A stretch of DNA of 64,000 bases from positions 151,032,001 to 151,096,000 of the forward strand of contig NC_086104.1 in NCBI RefSeq assembly GCF_963921235.1, in the 5' to 3' direction. Position numbers and translations under genes: made by a program. The stretch is from Mobula hypostoma (Eukaryota). This document shows positions 26,122 through 38,228 of this stretch, piece by piece. The notes under the pieces were generated by a model. The model saw only the letters and a program-made list of their open reading frames with translations, made no database searches and was not told the origin of the DNA. Numbering within the stretch: the first letter of the stretch is position 1; the number at the start of each line of letters is the position of its first letter.

Positions 26122-26265
26122 TCTTTGAGACTAAAGCCACTGAAATGGACTGGGTGCTAAAACATGTTAACCCAAGTCAGACAGAATCAACAAGTGATGG
26201 AACTGTACGCCTTAGAGGCTTACCATTTGGATGCAGCAAAGAGGAAATTTTACAGTTTTTCACAG
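26122..26265 (+). CDS. hnRNP H-like coding exon 3 (linker, start of qRRM2)
   Basis: ttgcag|...ACAG|gtactt; [48 protein letters not shown]. Confidence 0.93.
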
Positions 26266-29122
26266 GTACTTATTGTTTATTTCCTCCAGTATTGGAACGC
26301 CATATGTTTGGACATGGGGTTTAAATGTCATAATGTTAAAGCAGATTTTTTAATGGGAAAGGATTGGGAATGTTCATAAATGGCTACTCATAAGCTGTGC
26401 AATAATTATCAATGTTTGGTATAGATATACAAAGCTTGTTCCGTGTTTTGTCAGTTTGGGGGGGGATGGGATAGTGGAGCATTATAATCTTTACTCCATA
26501 GTGTGGCGCATAATATTGGGCACAAGGGTTTTTATTTGAATAGGATTCCTAAAATAATTTTTAAAGAATTTCTGCTGATGGATTCACAATTTATTGCAGT
26601 GATTTACAAAGAAGACACGTTTTGTCGTCTTGGCAACGTTTAATGCAATTGGCATAAATGTGTGAGCTAAAGAACTAGAAGATTTGGGAAAGCCCACAAG
26701 TTAGCTTAGTTCCAGCAAGAAGTATTGGACCATGTTTCTAAGGCATGCTTGTATTTTGCAGTGGAGTATTAAGTTATTTTTGGAAATATAGGTTAGATTC
26801 GTTGCCAAAATGGTAACTTAGTTTCTTTGACGTAATTGGGGCCAATATCACAAAATTGTAATATTGCCTCCATTTAAAGATATTCTGATTTCTGAAATGT
26901 CAATCCTTGAGTCCAATATTGTGAGCCAATAGTGTATGCATATTAATTGAAGGAATACTTTAGAAAACTATGCCCGATTTATCAATTTTTCAAACAGCAT
27001 TGCTTAAACGTATTTTGCAGGGTAGAATTCTGTACGACGTTTTACCAACTGCATCCAACAAATTCATTCTTGCACCACTTTATTCACCGATAAGCATTGG
27101 TATTTTAGAATTGATACTACAATGCAAGCGATTTTTGGTCATAATTTGTACATGATGCTGTTATTCTAAACTATTCCTTCTCAAATGTTAGTCCAGCTAA
27201 GGTTTGGGTCACTTGGTACAGGCAGTACAGTAGTGCTGAAATTCGAAATCTAAAGAGTTGCACTGCAGGATGGTAGATGCAGTTGTGTGTCTGCTGTCCT
27301 GAGCATTTACAAACCCAGCTTTGCCAGTGTAGGGGAAGTGTCTACTAAATGTTGGGCACTTACTCTGAACAGAGGAAGTGTAAACTGGGATAATGCACTT
27401 CTAGCTGTCTGCTACAGAGTTGCATTGAATGTTCCCTCAACCCTCCAAGCTTGTGCCTAAGTGGGGAAGCTCAAAAGGGATGATAATACAGTTGTTCTCC
27501 CATAGCTTAGAATCTTAGTTTACATCTTATCCTTTTGAAAAGAATGTAACATTTTACTTTGCTGATGTTTCAGTTACTGTCTGTGAAGAATTTTTACGGG
27601 ATGAACAGACTGAAGTAATAACAAAAAGTAGGATTATTTAGACATTTTAGACAACTGGTGGACTACCTAAGTTCTTCCAGGAGTGTTGCAAAACTTTTGT
27701 TCTCTCCTTTCCCCCTCCCCCTCCTGAAAGTGCCAACCATTTTGAGTTAAGTTTCACGTTGGTGGCTCCTTACTCCTGTTGGTTACATTTCAGGTGCAAG
27801 GCAATCAGTAAATATTTTCAACCAGTGGGAAATAGCAAAGCACTACTTGTGTACCATAGAGATAACTGGGTGGTAAGAGTAGGAATTGTGGTAAAGAAGA
27901 GGTGATTTAATGGAGACCAGTAATGAGAAATTCGCTTTCTGGGGCTGGGTGACTCGGCAGGCGATTGATTGCTTCTACAAGCTGCCATGCAGTTATTTTA
28001 AGATGTTGGGTGGTTTAGTTCAGTTAAACATTTTACTGAATTATTTTAATCTTAAATAAATACTAGGTAAATTAGATGAGCAAGTAAATATGGTTGGGGC
28101 AGTATCAAGTCACATGATTGTTGAGCTGGTAGTTGGTCTAATCCTTGCTGTTTCTTCACATTCAGTAACTTGCAGCTGACAGTATAAATGAACACTTGTA
28201 TTTAAAGACCATGCTAAATTTATCTTGACACAGTTTGCTCGGTAAATGCACTCACTATCTGTATGATGCTGATTATATAAAGCAAATGGATCTGGATTGG
28301 GTTTATTATACAGCCCTAAGAAGCAAACCTTGATGCCTTTAACTTTGAAATGATTAAAAAATTGAGTCACTTGGTATGGAATTAATGTGCGATGATTTAA
28401 TTTCCATAGTCTATTCCAGTTGGGTATCATTGAGCTATTGGTGTCATTGTGAGCTAGTTTCAAATCTCTAATACTGGAATTTGATTCATCACAACCAGAT
28501 AAAATTGTCTAGTTATTGATTTTGTTTAATCCAAGATCAACGATGAGCAGGAGTACAGAAACTCCACTTAGGTTTCACTCCGTCTCACATGACCCTGATT
28601 TGGAAATACAATACTATTCGTTCATCGTTTTATTGAAATCCTTGGAACTTCATCCAGCAGCAGAGTAGTCTGCTGCAGTACAAGCTGAATACCATTGCCT
28701 TGGTAGCAGTGTGATGCAAATACTGGACTTGATGTATTCCTTCCTGTTTTTTTTATACACGTTAATCACCTCTTTTATGAACTTTTATCTGTTGTTTAGG
28801 TTACTCAGACATTTAATAATGTAATGTTAAAAGTCAGCTGGAGTATTGCAAGGACGGTGTCTTTGCAGGCATATAAATTAAACCATGTCCCATGTTCTAT
28901 TGGGGTAAGATTAAACATCCACATTCTGTGCATGCCTGTTTTTAATTGATATCCTATATTTATCTTTGCTTTATTTAAACAGCATTATACTGCCTCTTGC
29001 CTCTTTAGTCAATTCTGATATCAGTACTCGCCATTTGATATGCTGTAGTATGTGTATAAGAGTAGGAATGTTTCAATTTTTAATATTGTTCCCCTTGTGG
29101 GGTATTTGTCCTTGGGTTGAAG

Positions 29123-29261
29123 GGTTGGAAATCGTGCCAAATGGGATAACATTGCCGGTGGACTACCAGGGGAGAAGCACGGGGGAAGCCTTCGTGCAGT
29201 TTGCATCAAAGGAGATAGCTGAAAAAGCACTGGGGAAACACAAGGAAAGAATAGGGCACAG
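29123..29261 (+). CDS. hnRNP H-like coding exon 4 (139 nt, qRRM2; homologous to the autoregulated HNRNPH1 cassette exon)
   Basis: ttgggttgaag|GGTTGGAAATC...GCACAG|gtggggatgg; [47 protein letters not shown]. Confidence 0.95.
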
Positions 29262-30152
29262 GTGGGGATGGACGGAAGGGTGGCTCATATGTCTTTAAGC
29301 CCACTTGTTCAGGTTGCAGAATTCATTCATTCTTGAAGAGAAAATAGTCAAACCACCCACATGCCTTTGGAAAACAGTGGGACTCAACTGATTTTTCTGA
29401 ATTGTGTAAAGATATCCTAAACTGTAGGGCCCTCAGAGTTGAAAGTTAATGGTAAATGTTATCTGCCAGAATTTATACTTGTGTATTTTTAATTTTCAAT
29501 ATTAAACTTATATAATTTTGAAAATCCAGAGGGCTTTACAGTTTAGGATTATCATAGATATGAATACTAAAATTTCAATTGTTTAAATTTGATTTGGTTT
29601 TTAAATGATTTTGTTACATTTGGATTAACTAAATTACATAAAATTACATTTTTTGTAATATTTGCAAACCATTATGACATTGCAAAAACTTTTGTTTTCT
29701 CATTTTAGTGCGTGAAACGCACAGCACTGCAGGCTTTAGTCATCATTTAACCTATGGGAAGGTGATGACTAGACAGCTTGCTGATTTGCATTCAATTCAA
29801 CCAGAGAATGCAATGTTTCATTGGATTGAAGTCAGTTTTTGAATTTGTACTTCGAAGCGTCGGTACTAATGCCCAATTGATGAAATTCGTCACATTTCCT
29901 TTTGTGTACTTTGCAACCTTGCACTAAGCTTTGTTTGAATCAAAATGTCTGACTTGGTGCTTAACACAATTTGGGAGTCTCGTCGCATTTGTGTTGCTAG
30001 GCCTGGTTTGTTTGTGGTCAAACAAAATTGGTCACAACATTAACATTCATATTTTTAGAGAGGGAAGTGAAATTTTCATAATGATTTTTTAAATTTGAGT
30101 AGAACTCTGAACAGTTGAGGCTCTTTAGAAACAACACAACAGCCTTTCCTTC

Positions 30153-31158
30153 GTAAACACGAGGAATTCTGCAGATGCCGGAAATTCAACACACATCAAA
30201 GTTGCTGGTGAATGCAGCAGGCCAGGCAGCATCTCTAGGAAGAGGTACAGTCAACGTTTTGGGCTGAGACCCTTCGTTAGGACTAACTGAAGGAAGAGCT
30301 AGTAAGAGATTTGAGAGGGGGAGGGGGAGATCCAAAATGATAGGAAAAGACAGGAGGGGGAGGGATGGAGCCAAGAACTGGACAGGTGATTGGCAAAAGG
30401 AATATGAGAGGATCATGGGACATGAGGCCCAGGGAGAAGGAAAAGGGGGAGGGGGGAAAAAACCCAGAGGATGGGCAAGGGGGTATAATCAGAGGGACAG
30501 AGGGAGAAAAAGGAGAGAGAGAATGTGTGTATATAAATAAATAACGGATGGGGTACGAGGGGGAGGTGGGGCATTAGCGGAAGTTAGAGAAGTCAGTGTT
30601 CATCTTTACAGTAGAGGAGGCTGTGGACAGACATATCAGAATGGTATGTGGAATTAAAATGTGTGGCCACTGGGAGATCCTGCTTTCTTTGGCGGACAGA
30701 GCGTAGGTGTTCACCAAAACGATCTCCCAGTCTGCGTCGGGTCTCGCCAATATATAGAAGGCCACATCGGGAGCACCGGATGCAGTATATCACCCCAGCC
30801 GACTCACAGGTGAAGTGTCGCCTCACCTGGAAGGACTGTCTGGGGCCCTGAATGGTGGTAAGGGAGGGAGGAAGTGTAAGGGCATGTGTAGCACTCGTTC
30901 CGCTTACAGGAATAAGTGTCAGGAGGGAGATCAGTGGGGAGGGATGGGGGGGACGAAAGGACAAGGGAGTCACGTAGGGAGCGATCCCTGCGGAAAGCAG
31001 GAGGGAGGAGGGAAAGATGTGCTTAGTGATGGGATCCCGTTGGAGGTGGCGGAAGTTACGGAGAATAATATGTTGGACTGGTGGGGTGGTAGGTGAGGAC
31101 CAGGGGATTCCTATTCCTAGTGGGGTGACGGGAGGATGGAGTGAGAGCAGATGTGAGA
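30153..31158 (-). mobile_element. 5'-truncated Penelope-like element with 12-bp TSD, in an hnRNP H-like intron
   Basis: GIY-YIG remnant (VIYCIRCSRCGLLYIGET) plus upstream HIILRNFRHLQRDP; AGCCTTTCCTTC at 30141-30152 and 31159-31170; degenerate hammerhead at 30249-30284. Confidence 0.88.
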
Positions 31159-32661
31159 AGCCTTTCCTTCTGCAGTTGTCAGTTTGAGTGCAGTTGATGT
31201 TGCAATACATCTACGGAGGGTAGTGTTAGGACATGGAGCATTTCAACCCATGATGTTATGCTGACCTTTTAACTTACTCAAGATCAATTGTCCTCAGCTT
31301 TTTCTGAATGTCCAGCAGATGACTTGCTCCCAGATTTCAATTTGAAATTGGCTACAATAACCATTGGAGAGTATACTTGCTCTGTTTGGTTTCAAGTGCA
31401 TCTTGTTTATTTTCATGAAATGTCTATCACAAGGGCCATGTAGAACAAAAGTAGGGAAGTGTTGCCAGTGAGCTTTTCTGACCTTGCAGATGCAGTTACC
31501 TTTAAGATAGTGGAAAAGATGGTTCATTTTGGTTGATTCACAAGACAAAGGGTGTTGTCTTAGGAGGAAAACTGTAAACTTGGCCTGTGCACTCACATTT
31601 AGAAGAATGCAAGGTGATCTTGTTATTTCTGGTTGCCTTAGCACAATAGATGTAAAGATAATACCTCAAGGCGGCAATGTAGGGTTTGCTGGAATGGTTT
31701 GGGAGGGGGGGCAGGTGTGGAAGGGCCACTAAACTGACTAATTCTTTCGGAAATGCTTTCCCAACAGTTTATAGATGGACATTTCAAAAACAAGAGTTTG
31801 TTAAACCACAGAACTGAAGATTGTTGGGGTTGTTTAGTAAAGTGGACAATCATCAGAGCAGCCATAATCATATTAAGTGGTGAAGAGTGCTTAATGGCCT
31901 GCACTTGTGTGACTTTCATTAACCTTGAGTGCATTTCTACTTTAGTCTTTAAGAGCACACATGCCTCTTAAATCCACCTCTAATTTTCAATTTAGCTATT
32001 CACTCCCTTGGTTCCAATGTGTTGTAACAAGTCAGACATTTAATCTAATAGATTTATTGTTAAAGGAAATCAGCTATTTTTATGGCTATTGTATTTATTC
32101 AATATAAATATTATCTATGCTAAGACAAAGATTGATTGCTCTGGTGAAAAGTTAATCATGTTTTCACTTTCCATCTAATTAACAAGTCTCTTACTGATTT
32201 TGAATGGTGCAAGACCTCTTATTTCCACTTGAATGTTGTAAATGGTGAGCACCTTTTAAAAATTTCATACTTCTGTTAACTAATGCAAAGTGCCATTAGT
32301 TTATCACCCACTGAATCTGAAAATATAGTAATGCCACAAACTGGGAGTCAAGTTATACTTTTATCTTGAACCATGTTGGCACGACATTCTAGATGGTTTC
32401 TGTAATGAAGAGTGACAAGGACTATCCACTTGAATTGCGGACAAAATGTTTTTTTTCTAATGTTAAGTGCGCACATTGAGAATATTTTGTAGTTATGATT
32501 TATTGTCAATTTAAAAGTGGGCTAGGGCAACGTAGCCAAAAATGAACAATGGGAGTTTTGTGATTCTTCTCACCAGAGAAATCCACAGTCGTGCCGTTAA
32601 CGTAACTCAGTTTTTAAGATGTCATAACCACAAGCTGATAATATTAATTGTGGCTGTTCAG

Positions 32662-32849
32662 GTATATTGAAATCTTCAGAAGCAGTAGAGGGGAGATTCG
32701 AACTTATCAGGACCCTCCAAGAAGGTTTATGGGGCAACGTCCAGGGCCCTATGACAGACCAATGGGTGGAAGAAGTGGCTATGGTGGTCCAGGTCCCATG
32801 AGAGGAGACATGTATGACCGTACACGGCGGGGCTCTGTATATGGTGGTG
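32662..32849 (+). CDS. hnRNP H-like coding exon 5 (end of qRRM2, PY-NLS)
   Basis: gttcag|G TAT ATT GAA...GGTG|gtaagt; [42 protein letters not shown]. Confidence 0.93.
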
Positions 32850-33112
32850 GTAAGTGAGCACAGTGATATTTTTGGTATGTTAGTAGATTTCAAATTAATG
32901 TGTTAATTACCAATCAGCATGAGTTTCATTTTGTGTGAATTTACACCTGTTAAGCTTGTGCCTCTAGAATTCATGTGCTGTTTGTGTCTCGGTAAACAAG
33001 ATGCTGCCTAATTGGGTCTTCACCACTCACAGGTTTTCAGTAATATCTTAAAGGACGTTTAGTTGCACAACTTATTTTTAGGTCAGATTGTAAAGTGTAC
33101 TTTTTATTCTAG

Positions 33113-33223
33113 GTTATGGCAATTTCGAGGACTATGGTTATAATGATGGTTATGCTTATGGCTACGGTTATGGACGTGATGGATTTGGACACAATATGAG
33201 AGGAGTTGGAATGATGGATAGAG
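33113..33223 (+). CDS. hnRNP H-like coding exon 6 (GYR low-complexity region)
   Basis: ttctag|...AGAG|gtatga; GYGNFEDYGYNDGYAYGYGYGRDGFGHNMRGVGMMDR. Confidence 0.88.
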
Positions 33224-33856
33224 GTATGAAACTCAGTTTGGCTTGTTTTGTTTTCAGTATATTGAAGAGGTCATAGTATATATCACGGGATGGGAATAGG
33301 TCTTTAAGCCCACACTAGCCATCCTTTATACTAATCCTACGTTATTCTCCATCTTCAACTACTCCATAACATAAGAGTGGCAATTTACACCTGGCTAATG
33401 AACCCACCAACCGGCTTGTCTTTGCATTGTGAGAGCAAAGCAGTGAATGAGAAAGGAAAAAGGGCACTGGAGGTTAGGATTGCTGGAGCTGGGGGTGATA
33501 CGATGGCAGCAGCTCTACTAGTTGCATCATACTAGATTGCCCCAAAGTGAAACTTGCATTGATTTTTAATTTTGGGCTCTATGTAAAGTTCTTCCAAAGA
33601 ATAAATTAGTTCATTACTCTAAGGGTCTTAAAGAAATTTAGAACAGTATAACACAGTACAGGCCCTAGAGCTGCATGTTCAGTGCATTTGAGGGGTGGGC
33701 ATGCAGCATGAGGGAAATGCTCCTCTCTGGAGACCTGCATGGGTATAATTGATTATTTGATTTGTACTTTTAATTTGTTGCGTTATATGTTAAATTTGTT
33801 TGCTTTACATCCTGGGTTTAGTGTCTAATGTTTCTATTAATGTTGAAAATTTACAG

Positions 33857-33978
33857 GGATGGGTAACCGTGGTTATGGTGGAGCAGGAGATGCCAGCCCA
33901 CTTTATCAGAATGGTGCAGGTCATTACGTACACATGAGAGGATTACCATTTAGAGCTACAGAAGGTGATGTTGCTGAT
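33857..33978 (+). CDS. hnRNP H-like coding exon 7 (start of qRRM3)
   Basis: ttacag|...GAT|gtaagt; [41 protein letters not shown]. Confidence 0.92.
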
Positions 33979-34364
33979 GTAAGTGGAATTTTTGGGATTG
34001 TATTCCTCACTAAATTTAACCTAAAGTTGAAATGATTAGGAAGCGTCTCATTACCTTTGTTATCTGAGTGTTTATTTCCCAATTAGACACACCTATGACT
34101 TTTTTAAACAAAAAGTAGAAGAGAAGCACTAAAACTAAGTTTTCATCTGAAACAACTCAAGCTGAATTTTGGTGGAAGCTCTTGTCATGTCAAGCAGCCA
34201 CAACCCAGAACATGACTGTATTTAGCACTGATAAGTAACTGGTTAGCTCTTAAGTTGAGTTTTTAAGTATTGTATTGTTTTATGCTTGGTTAAGAATGTT
34301 AACTGGCTATACTCTATACTGGCACCAGTTCCTTGAGCACTGGTGATGAGAATGATTTCCTTTA

Positions 34365-35085
34365 ATTTAGAACATAGAAATTTACAGCACATTACAGGCC
34401 CTTCGGCCCACAATGTTGTGCTGACCATGTAAGCTATTCTAGTGACTACCTAGAATTTACCCAGCGCTAGCTCCCTATTTTTCTAAGCTCCATGTACCTA
34501 TCTAAGAGTCTCTTTAAAGACTCTATTGTATCCGCTTCCGCCACCGCTGCTGGCAGTGCATTCCACGCACCCACCACTCTCTTTGTGAAAAACTTACCCC
34601 TGACATTCCCTCGGTACCTATTTCCAAGCACCTTAAACTATGTCCTCATGTTGACCATTTCAGCCCTGGGAAAAAGCCTCTGGCTATCCACACTATAAAC
34701 GCTCCTCATCTTATATGCCTCGATCAGGTCAATTCTCATCCTTTGTCGCTCCAAGGAGAAAAGGCCAAGTACATTCAACCTGTTCTCATAAGGTACGCCC
34801 TCCAGTCCAGGCAAAGTCCTTGTAAATCTCCTCTGCACTCTCTATAGTATCCACATCCTTCCTGTAGTGAGGTGACCAGAACTGAACACAGTACTCCAAG
34901 TGGGGTCTGACCAAGGTCTTAAAGAGCAGGGCTCTTGAGCTCAATCCCACAGTTGATGAATGCCAATACACCGCCTTAACAACACTCAACACTCAACCCA
35001 GCTTTGAGTGTCCTATCGACATGGACCCCAAGATCTCTCAGATCCTCCACACTGCCAAGAGTCTTGCCATTTATATTATATTCTG
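34365..35085 (-). mobile_element. CR1-type LINE 3' fragment
   Basis: LFKTLVRPHLEYCVQFWSPHYRKDV; QRRFTRTLPGLEG; LGLFSLERQRMR. Confidence 0.88.
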
Positions 35086-35141
35086 TCTTGGGTGGGAGTA
35101 ACCATTACTTGTTGACAATTATCATTTCTATTTCCCAATAG

Positions 35142-35277
35142 TTCTTTTCACCGCTGATTCCTGTAAAGATCAACTTTGAATATGGCTCAGATGGGCGCCT
35201 GACTGGAGAAGCTGATGTTGAGTTTGCTACTCATGAAGATGCTGTTGCAGCCATGTCTAAAGACAAAGCACATATGC
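35142..35277 (+). CDS. hnRNP H-like coding exon 8 (qRRM3)
   Basis: caatag|TTC TTT TCA...ATG C|gtgagt; [45 protein letters not shown]. Confidence 0.93.
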
Positions 35278-35489
35278 GTGAGTAATTAGCCTGGTCTGTA
35301 AATGCATATCTGATCAAACATTCTCAAAGGTATATTGTGCTTAAATGTGACCAACATCAATTTGGACATACTATCTTGAGGAGCAGCAACCATTAATCTA
35401 TATAACCTGTCATCTAAGGTTTATTAATGAAAGTTAGACTACTGCATATCTGATTTTGGGTTCTTCGGTTGTAAAATCTGTACCTTGTA

Positions 35490-36233
35490 CAGTCGGCCCT
35501 CCTTATCCGCGGGGGATTGGTTCCGGGACCCCCCGCGGATACCAAAAAATGCGGATGCTCAAGTCCCTTATTTAACTTGTCTCAGTGCGGGTGGGCTTTA
35601 GGACCCGGGGGAGCTCAGAACCCGTGGTCCGCGGCTGCTGCTGAATCCGCAGTGTTTCTGTTCCATTGACGGAAAACAATCACGTTTGAAAATAAAGTGG
35701 AAATAATAAAGCAATTGGAAAGAGGTGAAATGCCATCGGTCATTGGAAAAGCTTTAGGCTACAGTCGGTCAGTGATCGAATCAATTTTAAAGGATAAAGT
35801 GAGAATAATGGAGCATGTGAAAGGTCCTGCCCTGGTGAAAGCTACAGTTATTACTAAGCAACGCAGTGGTTTAATTATTGAAATACATAAGTTTCTTAAG
35901 TGTTTTATATGCATAGAAAGGTAAAATGTATACTATATACTAAGACAAACATTTGACTGACGCTAAATACTGGATGTACCTGTTCCGACTTGCGTACGAA
36001 TCCGACTTAAAGACTGCCTGTACTTTAAACCATCTCTGGATTACTTATAATATCTAATACAATGTAAATACTATGTAAATAGTTGTTAATACTGTATTGT
36101 TTAGGGAATAATGACAAAAAAAAATCTGTACATGCTCAAACAACGAGTGCTGGAGAGAGAACTCCTGGGTTTTCCCTATCTGTGGTTGGTTGAATCCGCT
36201 CATGCGGAACCCGCAGCTAAGGAGGGCCGACTG
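35490..36233 (+). mobile_element. Tigger/pogo-family non-autonomous DNA transposon
   Basis: TIRs CAGTCGGCCCTCCTTA / TAAGGAGGGCCGACTG, TA on both sides; internal CENP-B/psq-like HTH remnant (EIIKQLERGE..VIGKALGYSRS..ILKDK). Confidence 0.88.
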
Positions 36234-36402
36234 TAAATTCAGTCTTAATTTCTATTTTGTGTATTTGGTCCACTGCAAATTTTTTAATACTCTATTGTAA
36301 GATGTTAGTATTCAAATTTGTGCTGATTAATTTTGACCACATTGTTCATACTGAAACTGCTGTGTAAAGAGAAATTGTGCATTATTTATTGATTTTTTTC
36401 AG

Positions 36403-36507
36403 AGCATCGATATATTGAGCTTTTCCTCGACTCCACTGCTAATATGGGAAGTGGCTTTGGCTATGGAGCACATAGAATGGGCGATATGGGTATGGATCAC
36501 TATGGAG
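36403..36507 (+). CDS. hnRNP H-like coding exon 9 (end of qRRM3); alternative in-frame donor possible at 36489
   Basis: tttcag|AG CAT CGA TAT ATT GAG; QHRYIELFLDSTANMGSGFGYGAHRMGDMGMDHYG; donors G|gtatgg (36489) or G|gtgatt (36507). Confidence 0.85.
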
Positions 36508-37908
36508 GTGATTATCAGTTTTGACTTGATTTCTAACTTAATCATTTAACCATTTGGTAAAACGTGAAGGTTTTCAATAACTGTCCATTAGACTGGTGAT
36601 CCTGATAATTAGCACATTTGTAGAATGGATAGAGAAATTGAGTTTGTCTGGAGATCACTGCCAACTTTCTCAAATTGTCAGTTTATTAACATTATTTAGA
36701 AGCAGCCAGTTCTTTTCATCGGATAGTAAACTGGCAATGCTTGCTACACCTGCAGGTTTCAAGCACAGGAACAGGCGGAAAAAATGAAAAGCATTGGAAT
36801 TTGTTGGGCACAGATTTGAATGGGACAATCATTTTACTGGTTTTAACCAAATCTACTTAAATAGCCAAACTATATTTCATTAACGTGGCCAATATAAACA
36901 TGAGTTTCTGCGGATGCTGGAAATCCACACACACAAACACAGACACACAAGGCTGGAGAAGCTCAACAGGTTTGGCAGGCAGTGCCTATAAAAGGGATTA
37001 AACAATGATATTTTGGGCCAAGAACTTTTATTAAATCTTGAAGAATGGCCTCAACCTGAAATGTCGACTATTAAAATGGTATTATTGTCCTCAAGCTTCC
37101 TTTTTAACTTAAATGATTTCTGTCATAATTTTCAAATTAATCCTTTTTCTAATCAAAATCAAATTTTTGAAGTAAAATTATCAATCTGAGTAATTGAAGG
37201 TGGCAATTTTAAGAGGACAAGACAGTAGAAGTTCAGTAATCCAGCATGCTCAGGGCCTTGCTCTGTTGGTAGATTTTCTAGACTTTGATATTACTCTTAT
37301 ATGCTGCTGTTACAGTAGTATAAATTTCCACTGAAACCAATGAGTTTAAAGGGACAATGAGATCCAGGTGCTGAGCCACTTGGAAAATTTGAATGGTGGT
37401 TTTCTTTATCATGTTTGAACATTTTTTTCCATCAGTGGGTGATGTGTAATGGGCTATTGAGTTGTCAATACATTTTAAAGGTTTACTGGTTGTAGAGGTG
37501 TTTGAGAAAGTTAATTTGTCATGTTTAACTTAAACCAGGTTTGAAAAATGCTACAATGACTAGTTTCCTAAAAGGACAGGAAGGAGGGGTCCTGTGTTGT
37601 ATACAACAGCATATGTTAGACCATGCACTGTGGAAAATAAGTCGGTCATGGTGGAGCACACTTGGTGGGCTGAATGGCCTAATTCTGTTCCTGTGTTTTA
37701 TGGTATGCTGAAAGACTTCAGTACAGATGGCTAATGCTTGATATATTTTGCATTTGTTAATTGTACTCACAAATAGAATAATTTTATGCAGGGACATTGC
37801 TGTTTAAATGGCATACTGGTTGTCAAGTTTGTGGCATGCACATCAGACCAGCTTTACTGAAGATAGGATGAGGATAATCAATCATTTTTTCCCCGTTATT
37901 TCTGACAG

Positions 37909-38016
37909 GTAATCAAGGAGGCTATGGGCATAATGATCAGGGTATGGGAAATAGCTACGGCAACATGGGAAATAGTTATGCGGGCTATGGAAATTCTGCA
38001 AATGCACGTGGATATG
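37909..38016 (+). CDS. hnRNP H-like coding exon 10 (GY-rich tail)
   Basis: ctgacag|GT AAT CAA GGA GGC TAT...TAT G|gtaagt; GNQGGYGHNDQGMGNSYGNMGNSYAGYGNSANARGY. Confidence 0.88.
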
Positions 38017-38228
38017 GTAAGTGAAGTTCCTACTTGAAGGCTCCTTTGGGGAGTTACTGGCTGCTAGTTATAATAAAACCTGAAATAGGGGTGAAACAAT
38101 TGATTTCAGAACATTTCATAACCCCGCTACTTTTGCGGGGATTGTGTGAATCAAGCTGAACAAGTATGACAATTATAGACAAGGAAATTGATTTTTGTTT
38201 AAAACAAGATTTGCTGTTTAAATTACAG

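Noticed and set aside
26266-29122. Completely transposon-free intron or extra poison exon upstream of the regulated exon
   Set aside because: A decayed LINE-like tail seems present near 28570-28730, and candidate splice sites around 27730-27800 could not be assembled into a supported exon.
29873-29960. Box C/D snoRNA candidate (ccaa-TTGATGA...CTGA-cttgg)
   Set aside because: Box C lacks the leading purine, there are no convincing C'/D' boxes, and I recognise no rRNA or snRNA complementarity. A snoscan or Infernal search would settle it.
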